Position numbers and translations under genes: made by a program. From positions 32,001 to 96,000 of IMG/VR virus record IMGVR_UViG_3300049489_000477: DNA of 64,000 nt; one strand, written 5' to 3'. Shown piece by piece: positions 1-9,070 of this stretch. Numbering within the stretch: position 1 is the stretch's first letter; every line of letters starts with the position of its first letter. The stretch comes from a virus. The notes below the pieces were generated by a model. The model saw nothing but the letters and a program-made list of their open reading frames with translations. It was not told the DNA's origin and did not search any database.

Positions 1-1
1 C

Positions 2-1111
2 GCGTTGTGTCTCGTTGCCGACAGGTATTCTATCGTCACTTGCTGGAATCCATGATTCGATAGCTCTATTCGTTGGATATATGACGCTGAATGTTGCGGA
101 AGGTACGGTTGAATCAACATAAACATCGCTACCTTCGAAGATAGCGCAGTATTGTGATCCAGCACCACTTGAATCTTGACCAATGACACCGGCATATTGT
201 GATGCTGCGCGAATAGCTTTTACAAGACCAAATCTATCAAGCTGATCAAGCAAGCTGCCAATGGTCAAGTTCCAATAGGCGGCAGAAATGGACGAAGCTG
301 ACATTCCTACTGATTCTGTTCTTAACTTTCTCCACAGTAATGTTTCCCATGCTTCGCGGCTGTTCAAGATACCAACATGCTTGCTATCGTTCATCAAACG
401 GAACATATCAAATGCAAGATCGGTAACTCTGAATTGTGAGCCTGCTGTATCGTAGACTTCATCATGAATGAGACTAAATGATTCACGATTAAGAACCGTG
501 AAGCGAAGTCCTCGATCCGTTTGCTTGAATTCGTTGTAGATTTTTGTATTACCGACAATAAGCAAGCGAGGATCGTTGCCACCTTGTGGTTGCATACGAT
601 TTGCCGACGATCTGATGAAGAATGGAACAATAGCTTCTAATGTGCCTGGTGTTCCAAATCTATTTGAATTTGTTGTTCCGAATACATTGATATTTGTTAG
701 GGCTGATATATCTTCGGTATGAACGACCGGGCAATATGTCTTAAAGCTTCCAGCCGAAATATCAACATTACCAATAATATGAAGGTCACTTGAAATGGTT
801 TGAATTTCTGACGAGTTTTTAAAGACAAGACCAGCACTCATGAATGCTGAGACGGCGGGATAGATGTAGTCTAATTTTGCGCTTGTTTCTGCTACCTTTG
901 TTTCCAACCAATCATTCGTTATTTCGTGTAAGCCACCTGACGCATCGGCTAACCAAAGCTGGATGGTACTTTCGGAGGTATATGATCTGGCTGATGCTGA
1001 CTCTGTTGTTGAAAGGGCGAAAATCGTAATACGCTCACCAAGAGGTGAGGTCAATGTGCTAAATCCATCCTTTAAATTCAACTCAAGCCCGTTGTCTCTA
1101 AAACTTGCCAT
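2..1111 (-). CDS. Tail fibre-associated protein with ILEI/PANDER (GG-type lectin)-like domain; runs off the window end (not in ORF track)
   Basis: Manual translation from ATG at 1111 (MASFRDNGLELNLKDG...) is open to base 2; RGLRFTVLNRESFSLIHDEVYDT...HVGILNSREAW resembles the ILEI consensus; adjacent to fibre genes. Confidence 0.6.
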   Translation of the reverse strand, partial: MASFRDNGLELNLKDGFSTLTSPLGERITIFALSTTESASARSYTSESTIQLWLADASGGLHEITNDWLETKVAETSAKLDYIYPAVSAFMSAGLVFKNSSEIQTISSDLHIIGNVDISAGSFKTYCPVVHTEDISALTNINVFGTTNSNRFGTPGTLEAIVPFFIRSSANRMQPQGGNDPRLLIVGNTKIYNEFKQTDRGLRFTVLNRESFSLIHDEVYDTAGSQFRVTDLAFDMFRLMNDSKHVGILNSREAWETLLWRKLRTESVGMSASSISAAYWNLTIGSLLDQLDRFGLVKAIRAASQYAGVIGQDSSGAGSQYCAIFEGSDVYVDSTVPSATFSVIYPTNRAIESWIPASDDRIPVGNETQR

Positions 1112-1113
1112 TT

Positions 1114-1518
1114 TTATGCTCCAGATTTGTTTTGAGGTGGAACCTCAGTGTTATTTATAGTTTTTTGAACGAGTTCGCTATTAAATACGACATTAATCGT
1201 TCGTGATGGGTCGTATCCTTGACCAAGGAACTGCGTTAAACAAAAGATTATCCACGTTGTGCCGCTGTAGATGGCACCATTGAAGATAATGTTGTATGCG
1301 GGAAATGGACCCATGAAGATGCCAACAAGAATGCCTGCCCAGAACCCAAAACACATCGGACAATTCAATAGCTTATAAAAACTAGCGTATATTTTTGAAA
1401 GCTTACCATTTTGTTGTGACTTTTTTATAAACCATTCTCTGAAACTGTAAAATATAGATCCTTGCGTCACAATGTTTGTGATGCCGTAAGCAAGTAGGAT
1501 GGCTATAAGAAGTTGCAT
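1114..1518 (-). CDS. Small membrane protein, DUF1360-like
   Basis: Hydrophobic segments plus LLNCPMCFGFWAG motif; start moved to MQLLIA (ATG 1518) to avoid overlap with the upstream gene. Confidence 0.65.
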   Translation of the reverse strand: MQLLIAILLAYGITNIVTQGSIFYSFREWFIKKSQQNGKLSKIYASFYKLLNCPMCFGFWAGILVGIFMGPFPAYNIIFNGAIYSGTTWIIFCLTQFLGQGYDPSRTINVVFNSELVQKTINNTEVPPQNKSGA

Positions 1519-1522
1519 GTTT

Positions 1523-3046
1523 TTATACGATAAGTGTGACGGGAACCCATGGACCAGCCGATGTATGTTGTGTAACCCACATCTGTCCACCGATTATACC
1601 AAGAGCAAGCGTTCCTGTAGCGGTCGGATCACCGAATATGAGTGCTTGTGGGATAGCTGGCAATATGGTCGATGTTAAGAATGTCTTTTGTCCAGAAATG
1701 GTTTGCGTTGATGTAGCATCGACAGGAATAATTTGTTCTGGTGTAAATAACTTGATGTAGTAGTTGAGAGCCACGTTGCGTGGTCTTGATTCAGAACCTT
1801 CTGAACTTAATGTGACCGAGTGGTTATGTCCACCAGCAGCATCAATGGTTGCTGTGTGATTATGATTACCAGCAGAACCTGTTTGTGAAACATGGTCGCC
1901 ATCCGATGTCGCGTCTGGACCGTCATGGGCGGTGCCCGTATCCGTAACCAATGCTGGTGTTAATGCGTGGGTATGTGATCCGTTTGAATTAATAGTTATG
2001 GTGTGACTATGTGATCCAGCCAAATTAACGGTTGTTGAGTGGTCATGTGCCTTGTTATCTTCTGCTTGTGTGGATCCAAATACGCGACCAGAATCTACAC
2101 CGCGAGCAGCATCCCAGCCACGAATAAACTCGCCTCGTAGGTCTGGTATCTGGAAGAATGCACCGGATCCACCAAATGTATATCCATAGACGCTGAATAA
2201 TTCTGCATTTCCAGTGACGGACAAGAATGCACCATTTGCTAGTATCCAATCGATACCTGGAGGTGTCGCTGATCCGAATGATATGATAGTACCAACAGGA
2301 ACAGCACCACCACCATAAAAACGATTTCCAGTTATGGACATCATCATGGTGTTTAATAAATCAACTTGTGCTTGTAGTTGTGCTGTGGTTGTGAGTGGTG
2401 TATATGATCCACTAATAGCTGTGATTTGGCTTTGAAGAACGAGGTCGGCTGCAATTCTTTGTGTTGTTTCGTAATTGTCTCTTGCGTCTGTGTATCCTTT
2501 GTTTGCTGCATCTAACACAACCTTTGGTGTGTTGACTTGACAACGACCTTCGGCATTACGAAGCATCAAAGTATCAGCTAACTGTGTATATGATCCCCAT
2601 TCGTCTATTTGTGCGTTAACAACATTTGGAATTTCGGATTTTGTATAGTAGAGGTTATTGTGATTATGACTATTCTGTAGACCCTTTGGAGATAAGTCGG
2701 GAGCGGCTATAACATTTCGCCAGTGGACGCGAGATAGCTTGGCATGAGCGATTTCTTCTTTCGAAAAATACCGTCTATCATTTATGTATTCATTTGGACC
2801 CGTACCAGGAATATTGATTTGCCAATTGATTTCATATCCAGAAACCACAGGAACAGATGACAAAACGATATCAAACCCCGTAGTTGTTCTGTTAAGAATT
2901 CCTTGAACAAACAAATTAGCACTTGATGTCGGAGCTACTAATGAAACAACAGGATGCGAATAGAGTAAATTGAGTGCATTGTGTGAAACATGGTATATAC
3001 CCGCGCTTACAACACAACTTATAGAACCACTATAGAATTCCGTCAT
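1523..3046 (-). CDS. Tail fibre protein with phage tail collar domain and HxH metal-binding repeats
   Basis: VPVGTIISF...WILANG...IPDLRGEFIRGWD collar motif; repeated HSH/HTH/HNH; ESRPRNVALNYYIK; late promoter upstream. Confidence 0.9.
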   Translation of the reverse strand: MTEFYSGSISCVVSAGIYHVSHNALNLLYSHPVVSLVAPTSSANLFVQGILNRTTTGFDIVLSSVPVVSGYEINWQINIPGTGPNEYINDRRYFSKEEIAHAKLSRVHWRNVIAAPDLSPKGLQNSHNHNNLYYTKSEIPNVVNAQIDEWGSYTQLADTLMLRNAEGRCQVNTPKVVLDAANKGYTDARDNYETTQRIAADLVLQSQITAISGSYTPLTTTAQLQAQVDLLNTMMMSITGNRFYGGGAVPVGTIISFGSATPPGIDWILANGAFLSVTGNAELFSVYGYTFGGSGAFFQIPDLRGEFIRGWDAARGVDSGRVFGSTQAEDNKAHDHSTTVNLAGSHSHTITINSNGSHTHALTPALVTDTGTAHDGPDATSDGDHVSQTGSAGNHNHTATIDAAGGHNHSVTLSSEGSESRPRNVALNYYIKLFTPEQIIPVDATSTQTISGQKTFLTSTILPAIPQALIFGDPTATGTLALGIIGGQMWVTQHTSAGPWVPVTLIV

Positions 3047-3065
3047 ATTTGTTCCCTCATTTACT

Positions 3066-3073
3066 TATTTATA
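3066..3073 (-). promoter_or_regulatory. T4-type late promoter TATAAATA
   Basis: Exact match about 20 nt upstream of the tail fibre start. Confidence 0.8.
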
Positions 3074-3100
3074 CAAATAATTACACAATTATTATAACAC

Positions 3101-3135
3101 AAAATAGAAAGACCTCCGGTTTTTAGTCGGAGGTC
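3101..3135 (-). terminator. Rho-independent terminator
   Basis: GACCTCCG/CGGAGGTC stem followed by a U-rich tract on the minus strand, just after gene 3161..5014. Confidence 0.75.
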
Positions 3136-3160
3136 ATTTCTTTTAAAACTCTTTCAATCC

Positions 3161-5014
3161 TTATGAGCCGTAAGCCTTGAGAAGTACCCAATTAATCTCA
3201 TATCCAGCAACATCAGGAATATCGGACAATACGACATTGAATGATGTTGTTGTACGGTTCGTTATGCCTTGTACATACATGATTGACGAACTTACAGGTA
3301 TGGTCAACGAAACGATTGGGAACGATGTGGCGACTGTGCTATTCGAGTGTGTTACTTCATACACATAGTTACTTGTTGTGCAGGAAATCTTTCCACCCTG
3401 TACCATTGCAGCCAAATTCGAAGTTATAGCACCACTTACAACATTTGTGTATGCTACGGAAGCGTCATAGGCATGAGCAGATGCGTTAGCTGCGAATGTC
3501 TTTGCTTCGGTTACTGCAAGGTTATAAGCATTAGCCGATGCGGCTGATGCAAATGTCTTGGCGTCAATGATAGCAAGATCGTAAGCATGAGCAGATGCTG
3601 CGTATGTTACGACCAATGATGCGTCATAAGCATGAGCAGATGCAGCGTATGAAAGAGTCTTTGCTTCGTTTACTGCAAGATCATAAGCATTAGCCGATGC
3701 GGCTGATGCAAATGTCTTGGCGTCAATGATAGCAAGATCGTAAGCATGAGCAGATGCTGCGTATGTTACGACCAATGATGCATCGTAAGCATGGGCAGAT
3801 GCTGCCGAGGCGAATGTCTTAGCATCTGTGATAGCAAGATTATAAGCATTAGCCGAGGCGTCTGATGCGTATGTTCTGGCTTCAATGATAGCAAGATCAT
3901 ATGCGTGAGCAGAAGCAGCGTAGGATGCTGCGAGGGCGGCACCAGTGATCGAGTCTGCTGTGACAGTTTCAAATCTGGATGTTGTTGCATTCCAACGTGG
4001 AATACCAGATGCTAATGGGTTATCTTCACGGGTAGCAACTGCTTGTGTCGATCCAGAAATACCAACGGCAAATACGTCTCTGGCTTCGTCAAATACGAAC
4101 CAGTACGCAGCACTTGGTGAACCTCTATCAACTTGTATACCTGCGAATCCTTTTGTTACGCCAGGACCAGGCTCACCACTATTGATAACGATGATGTTAT
4201 CACTAACAATAAGTTCTTGAGACGATACTGTTGTTGTTGTACCGGAAACGAAGAGGTTACCGCTAACAACAACATTATTTGTGAATGTCTTTATACCAGC
4301 AATTGATTGGTCACCAGTTAGATGAACAGTTGCATCGTAAACACTGGATGATGCTGCTGCTGCGTATGTCTTGGCTTCGGTTATTGCAAGATTGTATGCG
4401 TTAGCAGATGCGTCTGATGCGAATGTCTTGGCATCAACAATGGCGGCGTCATAAGCATGAGCCGATGCGTTGGCTGCAAAGGTCTTGGCATCAACAATGG
4501 CGGCGTCATAAGCATGAGCCGATGCTGCCGATGCAAATGTCTTGGCGTCAATGATGGCGAGGTCATATGCATGGGCAGATGCTGCATAGGTTACAACCAA
4601 GGATGCATCAAGAGCGTGGGCAGATGCGGCTGATGCAAAGGTCTTGGCATCAACAATGGCAGCGTCATAAGCATGAGCCGATGCGTTGGCTGCAAAGGTC
4701 TTGGCGTCAACAATGGCTGCATCGTAGGCATGAGCAGATGCGGCTGATGCAAAGGTCTTGGCATCGACAATGGCAAGATCGTATGCATGGGCAGATGCGG
4801 CATAAGTCGCTGTCAATGCTGCACGATAAGCATTGGCAGATGCGGCATCAGATGCGCCGACAACCGTACCATCACTTCTCTTTATTTTTATATCGTCTAT
4901 GGTAGCAAACATGAAAACGCCAGTGTTTGCTGGGTTTGTTGCTAGAGTTCCGGTCAGACCGGCTGAGATATCTATAATTTCGGTTGATATACCACCTTTG
5001 AATACGCCTGCCAT
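3161..5014 (-). CDS. Fibre protein with 19/15-residue Ala-rich coiled-coil repeats
   Basis: Repeats SAHAYDAAIVDAKTFASAA; central VHLTGDQSIAGIKTF...DNIIVINSGE...AGIQVDRG fibre motif; AGGAG SD; late promoter. Confidence 0.8.
   Translation of the reverse strand: MAGVFKGGISTEIIDISAGLTGTLATNPANTGVFMFATIDDIKIKRSDGTVVGASDAASANAYRAALTATYAASAHAYDLAIVDAKTFASAASAHAYDAAIVDAKTFAANASAHAYDAAIVDAKTFASAASAHALDASLVVTYAASAHAYDLAIIDAKTFASAASAHAYDAAIVDAKTFAANASAHAYDAAIVDAKTFASDASANAYNLAITEAKTYAAAASSSVYDATVHLTGDQSIAGIKTFTNNVVVSGNLFVSGTTTTVSSQELIVSDNIIVINSGEPGPGVTKGFAGIQVDRGSPSAAYWFVFDEARDVFAVGISGSTQAVATREDNPLASGIPRWNATTSRFETVTADSITGAALAASYAASAHAYDLAIIEARTYASDASANAYNLAITDAKTFASAASAHAYDASLVVTYAASAHAYDLAIIDAKTFASAASANAYDLAVNEAKTLSYAASAHAYDASLVVTYAASAHAYDLAIIDAKTFASAASANAYNLAVTEAKTFAANASAHAYDASVAYTNVVSGAITSNLAAMVQGGKISCTTSNYVYEVTHSNSTVATSFPIVSLTIPVSSSIMYVQGITNRTTTSFNVVLSDIPDVAGYEINWVLLKAYGS
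3465..3930. repeat. Coding tandem repeats (57 and 45 bp units), block 2
   Basis: Recurring gcatgagcagatgc / tgtcttggcgtcaatgatagcaagatc units; boundaries approximate. Confidence 0.85.
4355..4850. repeat. Coding tandem repeats (57 and 45 bp units), block 1
   Basis: Recurring ggtcttggcatcaacaatggcggcgtcataagcatgagccgatgc; boundaries approximate. Confidence 0.85.
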
Positions 5015-5034
5015 GGTTGTCTCCTAGTGCTATT

Positions 5035-5042
5035 TATTTATA
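5035..5042 (-). promoter_or_regulatory. Late promoter TATAAATA
   Basis: Exact match upstream of 5014. Confidence 0.8.
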
Positions 5043-5052
5043 TATGATTTCC

Positions 5053-5547
5053 TTAAATTGGGTTATGAACTACCCAATTTATATAATACCCCGATATATT
5101 CGTTGTACCAGACAATACAACCTTAAATGCTCCCGATACCGTATTTGTTACTGAACATACATATTGTACAGCCGATACACTCGGAACTTTCATAGTTGCA
5201 TTAACATTTGCGTCTTGTGGAATAGATGGATGGGTAATTGTATAAATGTCTATGTTTGGGTTACATTCAACGGTACCATACAGTGACGAACCTCCACCAC
5301 CAGTTGCATATATTATCCAATTGCTGTTTGTAATACCACCATATAGCTGGTATGTTTTATTATCAGCAACGACATACACCAACATACCTTCTTTTCTACG
5401 AGGTGACGGTATGGCGTCTCTTTCAGCTACGGTGGCTACCGCTCTATATCCACCGCGACCGTATGTATCGTCATGGGTTGCGTATGTATCCGCTGTATCG
5501 AACGGTACTACTCTTGCTGCGACATTGGTTCCGGGTATGGCTGTCAT
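5053..5547 (-). CDS. Virion/fibre accessory protein
   Basis: GGYRAVATVAERDAIP...RRKEGMLVYV motif typical of phage fibre modules; C-terminal domain paralogous to the neighbouring fibres. Confidence 0.65.
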   Translation of the reverse strand: MTAIPGTNVAARVVPFDTADTYATHDDTYGRGGYRAVATVAERDAIPSPRRKEGMLVYVVADNKTYQLYGGITNSNWIIYATGGGGSSLYGTVECNPNIDIYTITHPSIPQDANVNATMKVPSVSAVQYVCSVTNTVSGAFKVVLSGTTNISGYYINWVVHNPI

Positions 5548-5556
5548 ATAACCTCG

Positions 5557-6540
5557 TTATGAAAATACCGCAGAGATTGAAGATCCATTCTGAACATTAT
5601 AACATCTGTATATGTAATAATTTTCTACAACACTCGTTCCACTGGTAACAGAAATGGTCGCTGGGGATACCGTTGAGACTGGAGGATTTAAAGGGTCGTA
5701 CCAATCAGTGAAAACTAAACTATTAATGACGGCTGTAGCTGTTCCAAGAGCCGCTGGGTAAGCGTAATAAAAATAATTTCCGCCAGAAGGAACAGCACAA
5801 TTAAATGTCATGGATTTTGCTTTGGCATTTGACAATTCATTGAATCCAGCCAATAGTTGTGCATTTGACGGTAATGAACCAGAGGCTGGTATGGTTCCCC
5901 AATACCTTCTCTTAAGGAATGTCATCGTGGCGTTTGCGGAAACATTTGTTATACCATTGGATGCTGTTAATGTAAATGTTGTGGTGGATGTATATGGTCC
6001 AGTTGCGAAGTGGTTTAAAGATGGTGGGGGTGATATAGATTGTCCAAGAATGCCTTGGCTTATCACTGGATTACTACCACCATATGACCATGTTAAGCTG
6101 GCTGGTGATTGTGATACGCCAAGTTCAACGGTTGATGGTGACACATTCAAGCTTGCCGACAATGGTGTATATAATGAAATGATAAATCTGTTGGCGGTTA
6201 CTTCTATAACTTGTATGCCGTTTACGCCTGTTATACCGACTGAAATATCCGAAAGAATGGATAGTGCGAATGTATTGGCTGCTACAAGTGTTGATGCTGT
6301 TGCTTCTGCAACGGTTGTGTCGAGTGTTGCATTATCAACGATGTTTAATTGATCTGGAGTTACGAATTGGAGCATATCTCCAGACAAACCAGTTGCGGTT
6401 GGTGCTGGTGCCATACCCAATAATGTTAGATTCTGTCCTCTTTCATAAGGAAGAACATATCCAGCCGAAGGATTAGACGATTGTGCGCCTACCTTAACTA
6501 CACCGTAAATCTCAAGGTCACCGTAATTTGTATTTGCCAT
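5557..6540 (-). CDS. Putative structural (fibre/Ig-like) protein
   Basis: S/T/G-rich, beta-type composition; GITGVNGIQV fibre motif; YFYYAYPA. Confidence 0.55.
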   Translation of the reverse strand: MANTNYGDLEIYGVVKVGAQSSNPSAGYVLPYERGQNLTLLGMAPAPTATGLSGDMLQFVTPDQLNIVDNATLDTTVAEATASTLVAANTFALSILSDISVGITGVNGIQVIEVTANRFIISLYTPLSASLNVSPSTVELGVSQSPASLTWSYGGSNPVISQGILGQSISPPPSLNHFATGPYTSTTTFTLTASNGITNVSANATMTFLKRRYWGTIPASGSLPSNAQLLAGFNELSNAKAKSMTFNCAVPSGGNYFYYAYPAALGTATAVINSLVFTDWYDPLNPPVSTVSPATISVTSGTSVVENYYIYRCYNVQNGSSISAVFS

Positions 6541-6950
6541 TATGCGATACTTTCAGCGATTTTAAGTGGTGGAAGTAGATTCGTCATGTTTGAATTGTGC
6601 TTCATGTTTATAAGTCTCATGGCTTCATCACTTATTTTCCTAACTATCTCTTTATCGGCGTCTGGTAACGAATTCCACATCTGAGCTATATCCGTATTTA
6701 ATGTAACTTGTATTTTATCTAAATTTTCTCTTGATCCTACAACATTTTTAACAGCAATCGGATATATTGGAGCCAACATGACAATAATGCTATTTTGATC
6801 GTTTCGTGGTAGTTGTTGTATTTTTCCATCAGACAATAACCAAATGACTACTCGCTGTAACGGTACATAGTTTTTTGCACCACCGGAAAATGTTGGGTCT
6901 TCGTATAAATTAGTATAGAAGCTCTCAAGAAGCGTAAGCCACAAATCCAT
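6540..6950 (-). CDS. Hypothetical late protein
   Basis: 136-aa ORF with GAGG SD and TATAAATA at 6966-6973. Confidence 0.6.
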   Translation of the reverse strand: MDLWLTLLESFYTNLYEDPTFSGGAKNYVPLQRVVIWLLSDGKIQQLPRNDQNSIIVMLAPIYPIAVKNVVGSRENLDKIQVTLNTDIAQMWNSLPDADKEIVRKISDEAMRLINMKHNSNMTNLLPPLKIAESIA

Positions 6951-6990
6951 GAATGACCTCTAACTTATTTATACAATTCGACAGTTATTA

Positions 6991-7027
6991 AAAACAAAAA
7001 AATAAGCCACTAAAAAGTGGCTTATTT
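6991..7027 (-). terminator. Rho-independent terminator after guaC
   Basis: AAATAAGCCACT/AGTGGCTTATTT inverted repeat plus U tract. Confidence 0.75.
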
Positions 7028-7051
7028 AAAAGTGTCGTTAACGAGGTAATA

Positions 7052-8044
7052 TTAACTAACGGTTATCAACTCAGCACCCATTAAGTCATGTAATACGGTG
7101 CCACCAGCATAACTCACGCTGCTTTGAAGGTCTTCCTTCAACTCAATAAGCAATTTTTCCATACTTCCCTTGTAATCGATGAGGATCTTCTTTCCTTCGA
7201 CGTTTTTATACTCGCCTTTGTTGTATTGGCTAGCCGAGCCATAATATTCTTTATATTGGTGCGGACGAAGCCCATCAAGAGACACTTCAATGATGTTTCC
7301 TGCTGATTCCTCGTATCCAGCAAAGAAACTGCCAGCCATGACCATATCGGCTCCACAAGCGATTGCTTTGGCAATATCACCATGCTCAACAATACCACCA
7401 TCGGCAATGAGTGGAATGTTAACGCCATTACAGTATTCCGCACAATCTAATACCGTGGAAACCATGGGGCGATGAAATCCCGTCTTGTTTTTTGTAATGC
7501 AAACTTTTCCACCAGCAATTCCAGCCTTAATAGCTGATGCACCCCACTTGTGTAACTCTTCACATGCTTTAGCGGTTGCGACATTCCCGACAATAAGGAA
7601 TGTTTTACCAACACAAAAGTTTTCATTAACATACTTGATCATTTTCTCAGCTTTTGGACACCAGCCATTCGCCACATCAAGTGTGATATATTCTGGACAT
7701 AGATGTGCTTTCACAAGTTCATCTAACTGGCTATAAGTATCTTCATTAACCCCTATGCTTACTGAGGCTATAAGATTCTGAGACTGCATTCTGTGTGTAA
7801 ATGCTACCAAGTCAACGCCGAAGCGGTGCATCGTATAAAATATATTCTTTTTTGCCAGGTACTCGCATGTTTCTTCGTTGACAACCGACTTCATATTCGC
7901 TGGATATACGGGCAATGCGAATTTTCGACCTCCGAACACAACAGAAATATCACATTCTTTTCTACTTCCGACCTTAGTTTTACCTGGAAGAAGATAAACA
8001 TCCGAGTAGTTGTATTCGCGTCTTAATATTTTAGACATACGCAT
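7052..8044 (-). CDS. guaC: GMP reductase
   Basis: [68 protein letters not shown]. Confidence 0.92.
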   Translation of the reverse strand: MRMSKILRREYNYSDVYLLPGKTKVGSRKECDISVVFGGRKFALPVYPANMKSVVNEETCEYLAKKNIFYTMHRFGVDLVAFTHRMQSQNLIASVSIGVNEDTYSQLDELVKAHLCPEYITLDVANGWCPKAEKMIKYVNENFCVGKTFLIVGNVATAKACEELHKWGASAIKAGIAGGKVCITKNKTGFHRPMVSTVLDCAEYCNGVNIPLIADGGIVEHGDIAKAIACGADMVMAGSFFAGYEESAGNIIEVSLDGLRPHQYKEYYGSASQYNKGEYKNVEGKKILIDYKGSMEKLLIELKEDLQSSVSYAGGTVLHDLMGAELITVS

Positions 8045-8079
8045 CCTTTCTCAATCATTATAAGAAAGGATAAAGATTT

Positions 8080-8460
8080 TCAATCTGCTTTCTTGGGAAA
8101 CCAGCAATCCATATCAACCTTGAAACTAAAAATTATAGATTCAGTCTCACGAAGGTTGGCTTTTATAACTTCCAATTCGTTGTTTGAAATTTTAAAGCAC
8201 CGCACAACAAACCAATCTTTTCCATCTTTTGATTTGGTGACGGCTTTATCTTTATAAACACCGGTCTGATCAAATACCATAAGCGGCATATTTTTAGAGA
8301 AAAATTCTTTCACTTCATCCAGTGTCGTGAAATATTTTGATTCCATCAAATGAACCTTGTTGGCATCGGCTGTTGCGGCAAAAACGGGAACATTAACGAC
8401 AATGAAATTACATCCAAGCTCACGAAGTTCCTTTTTACCAAGCCACTTTAAGTCACCCAT
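8080..8460 (-). CDS. Hypothetical protein
   Basis: ORF with AAGGAG SD before MGDLKW. Confidence 0.6.
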   Translation of the reverse strand: MGDLKWLGKKELRELGCNFIVVNVPVFAATADANKVHLMESKYFTTLDEVKEFFSKNMPLMVFDQTGVYKDKAVTKSKDGKDWFVVRCFKISNNELEVIKANLRETESIIFSFKVDMDCWFPKKAD

Positions 8461-8462
8461 AC

Positions 8463-9053
8463 TTACTCCTTTGTAATGTGCCAACAACGTCCGTTATTAG
8501 CAACGTTAAATTTGTTATTTTTGCAAAAGTCCACAACGGCTTCCCTAACCGTGAATCTTTTCTTTAGGCGACGATTTTTCCATGCCCAATCGTCTCCGAC
8601 TATTATAGCAGATGGGAACAATCTAAATGAAGTTTCTAAATCTTTTAAAACATCTTGATATTCATGACTCGCATCTATAAAGATCATTTCTGGACTGAAC
8701 CCCATATCTTTACACCACATCAATCCTGTTATCGTGTCGGTTTTAACTGGTAATATGCGGTCCCGATACTCCCAGCAGTTGACTATAAAAGTTTCATATA
8801 AAGTTGGCAGCTTACCTTTTACATCCGATCTTTCCAAGTGTTCAATCGATCCCTTCCAGTGATCAATCGCTATGACTTTGGCTTGTGTATTTTCACAAAA
8901 CCATCGGGTGCTTGATCCAAGCCATGATCCCAATTCAATAATAGTTTTCATGTCTGGTTTTAAAAGAGGCTTAAGGTAATCTTTTAAATCACGATTAAAC
9001 CAGCCATGATTATCGGCTGGTACAGCCGGTTTTTCTGCGGGGTATGTAAACAT
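8463..9053 (-). CDS. Class I SAM-dependent methyltransferase (Methyltransf_24-like)
   Basis: IIELGSWLGSS, AIDHWKGS, IFIDASHEY, IVGDDW motifs. Confidence 0.85.
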   Translation of the reverse strand: MFTYPAEKPAVPADNHGWFNRDLKDYLKPLLKPDMKTIIELGSWLGSSTRWFCENTQAKVIAIDHWKGSIEHLERSDVKGKLPTLYETFIVNCWEYRDRILPVKTDTITGLMWCKDMGFSPEMIFIDASHEYQDVLKDLETSFRLFPSAIIVGDDWAWKNRRLKKRFTVREAVVDFCKNNKFNVANNGRCWHITKE

Positions 9054-9070
9054 AAGTTAATTATAACAGA

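Noticed and set aside
3465-4850. Possible CRISPR array or DGR repeats
   Set aside because: The repeats are in-frame coding units without unique spacers; no adenine-specific variation and no reverse transcriptase or cas gene seen
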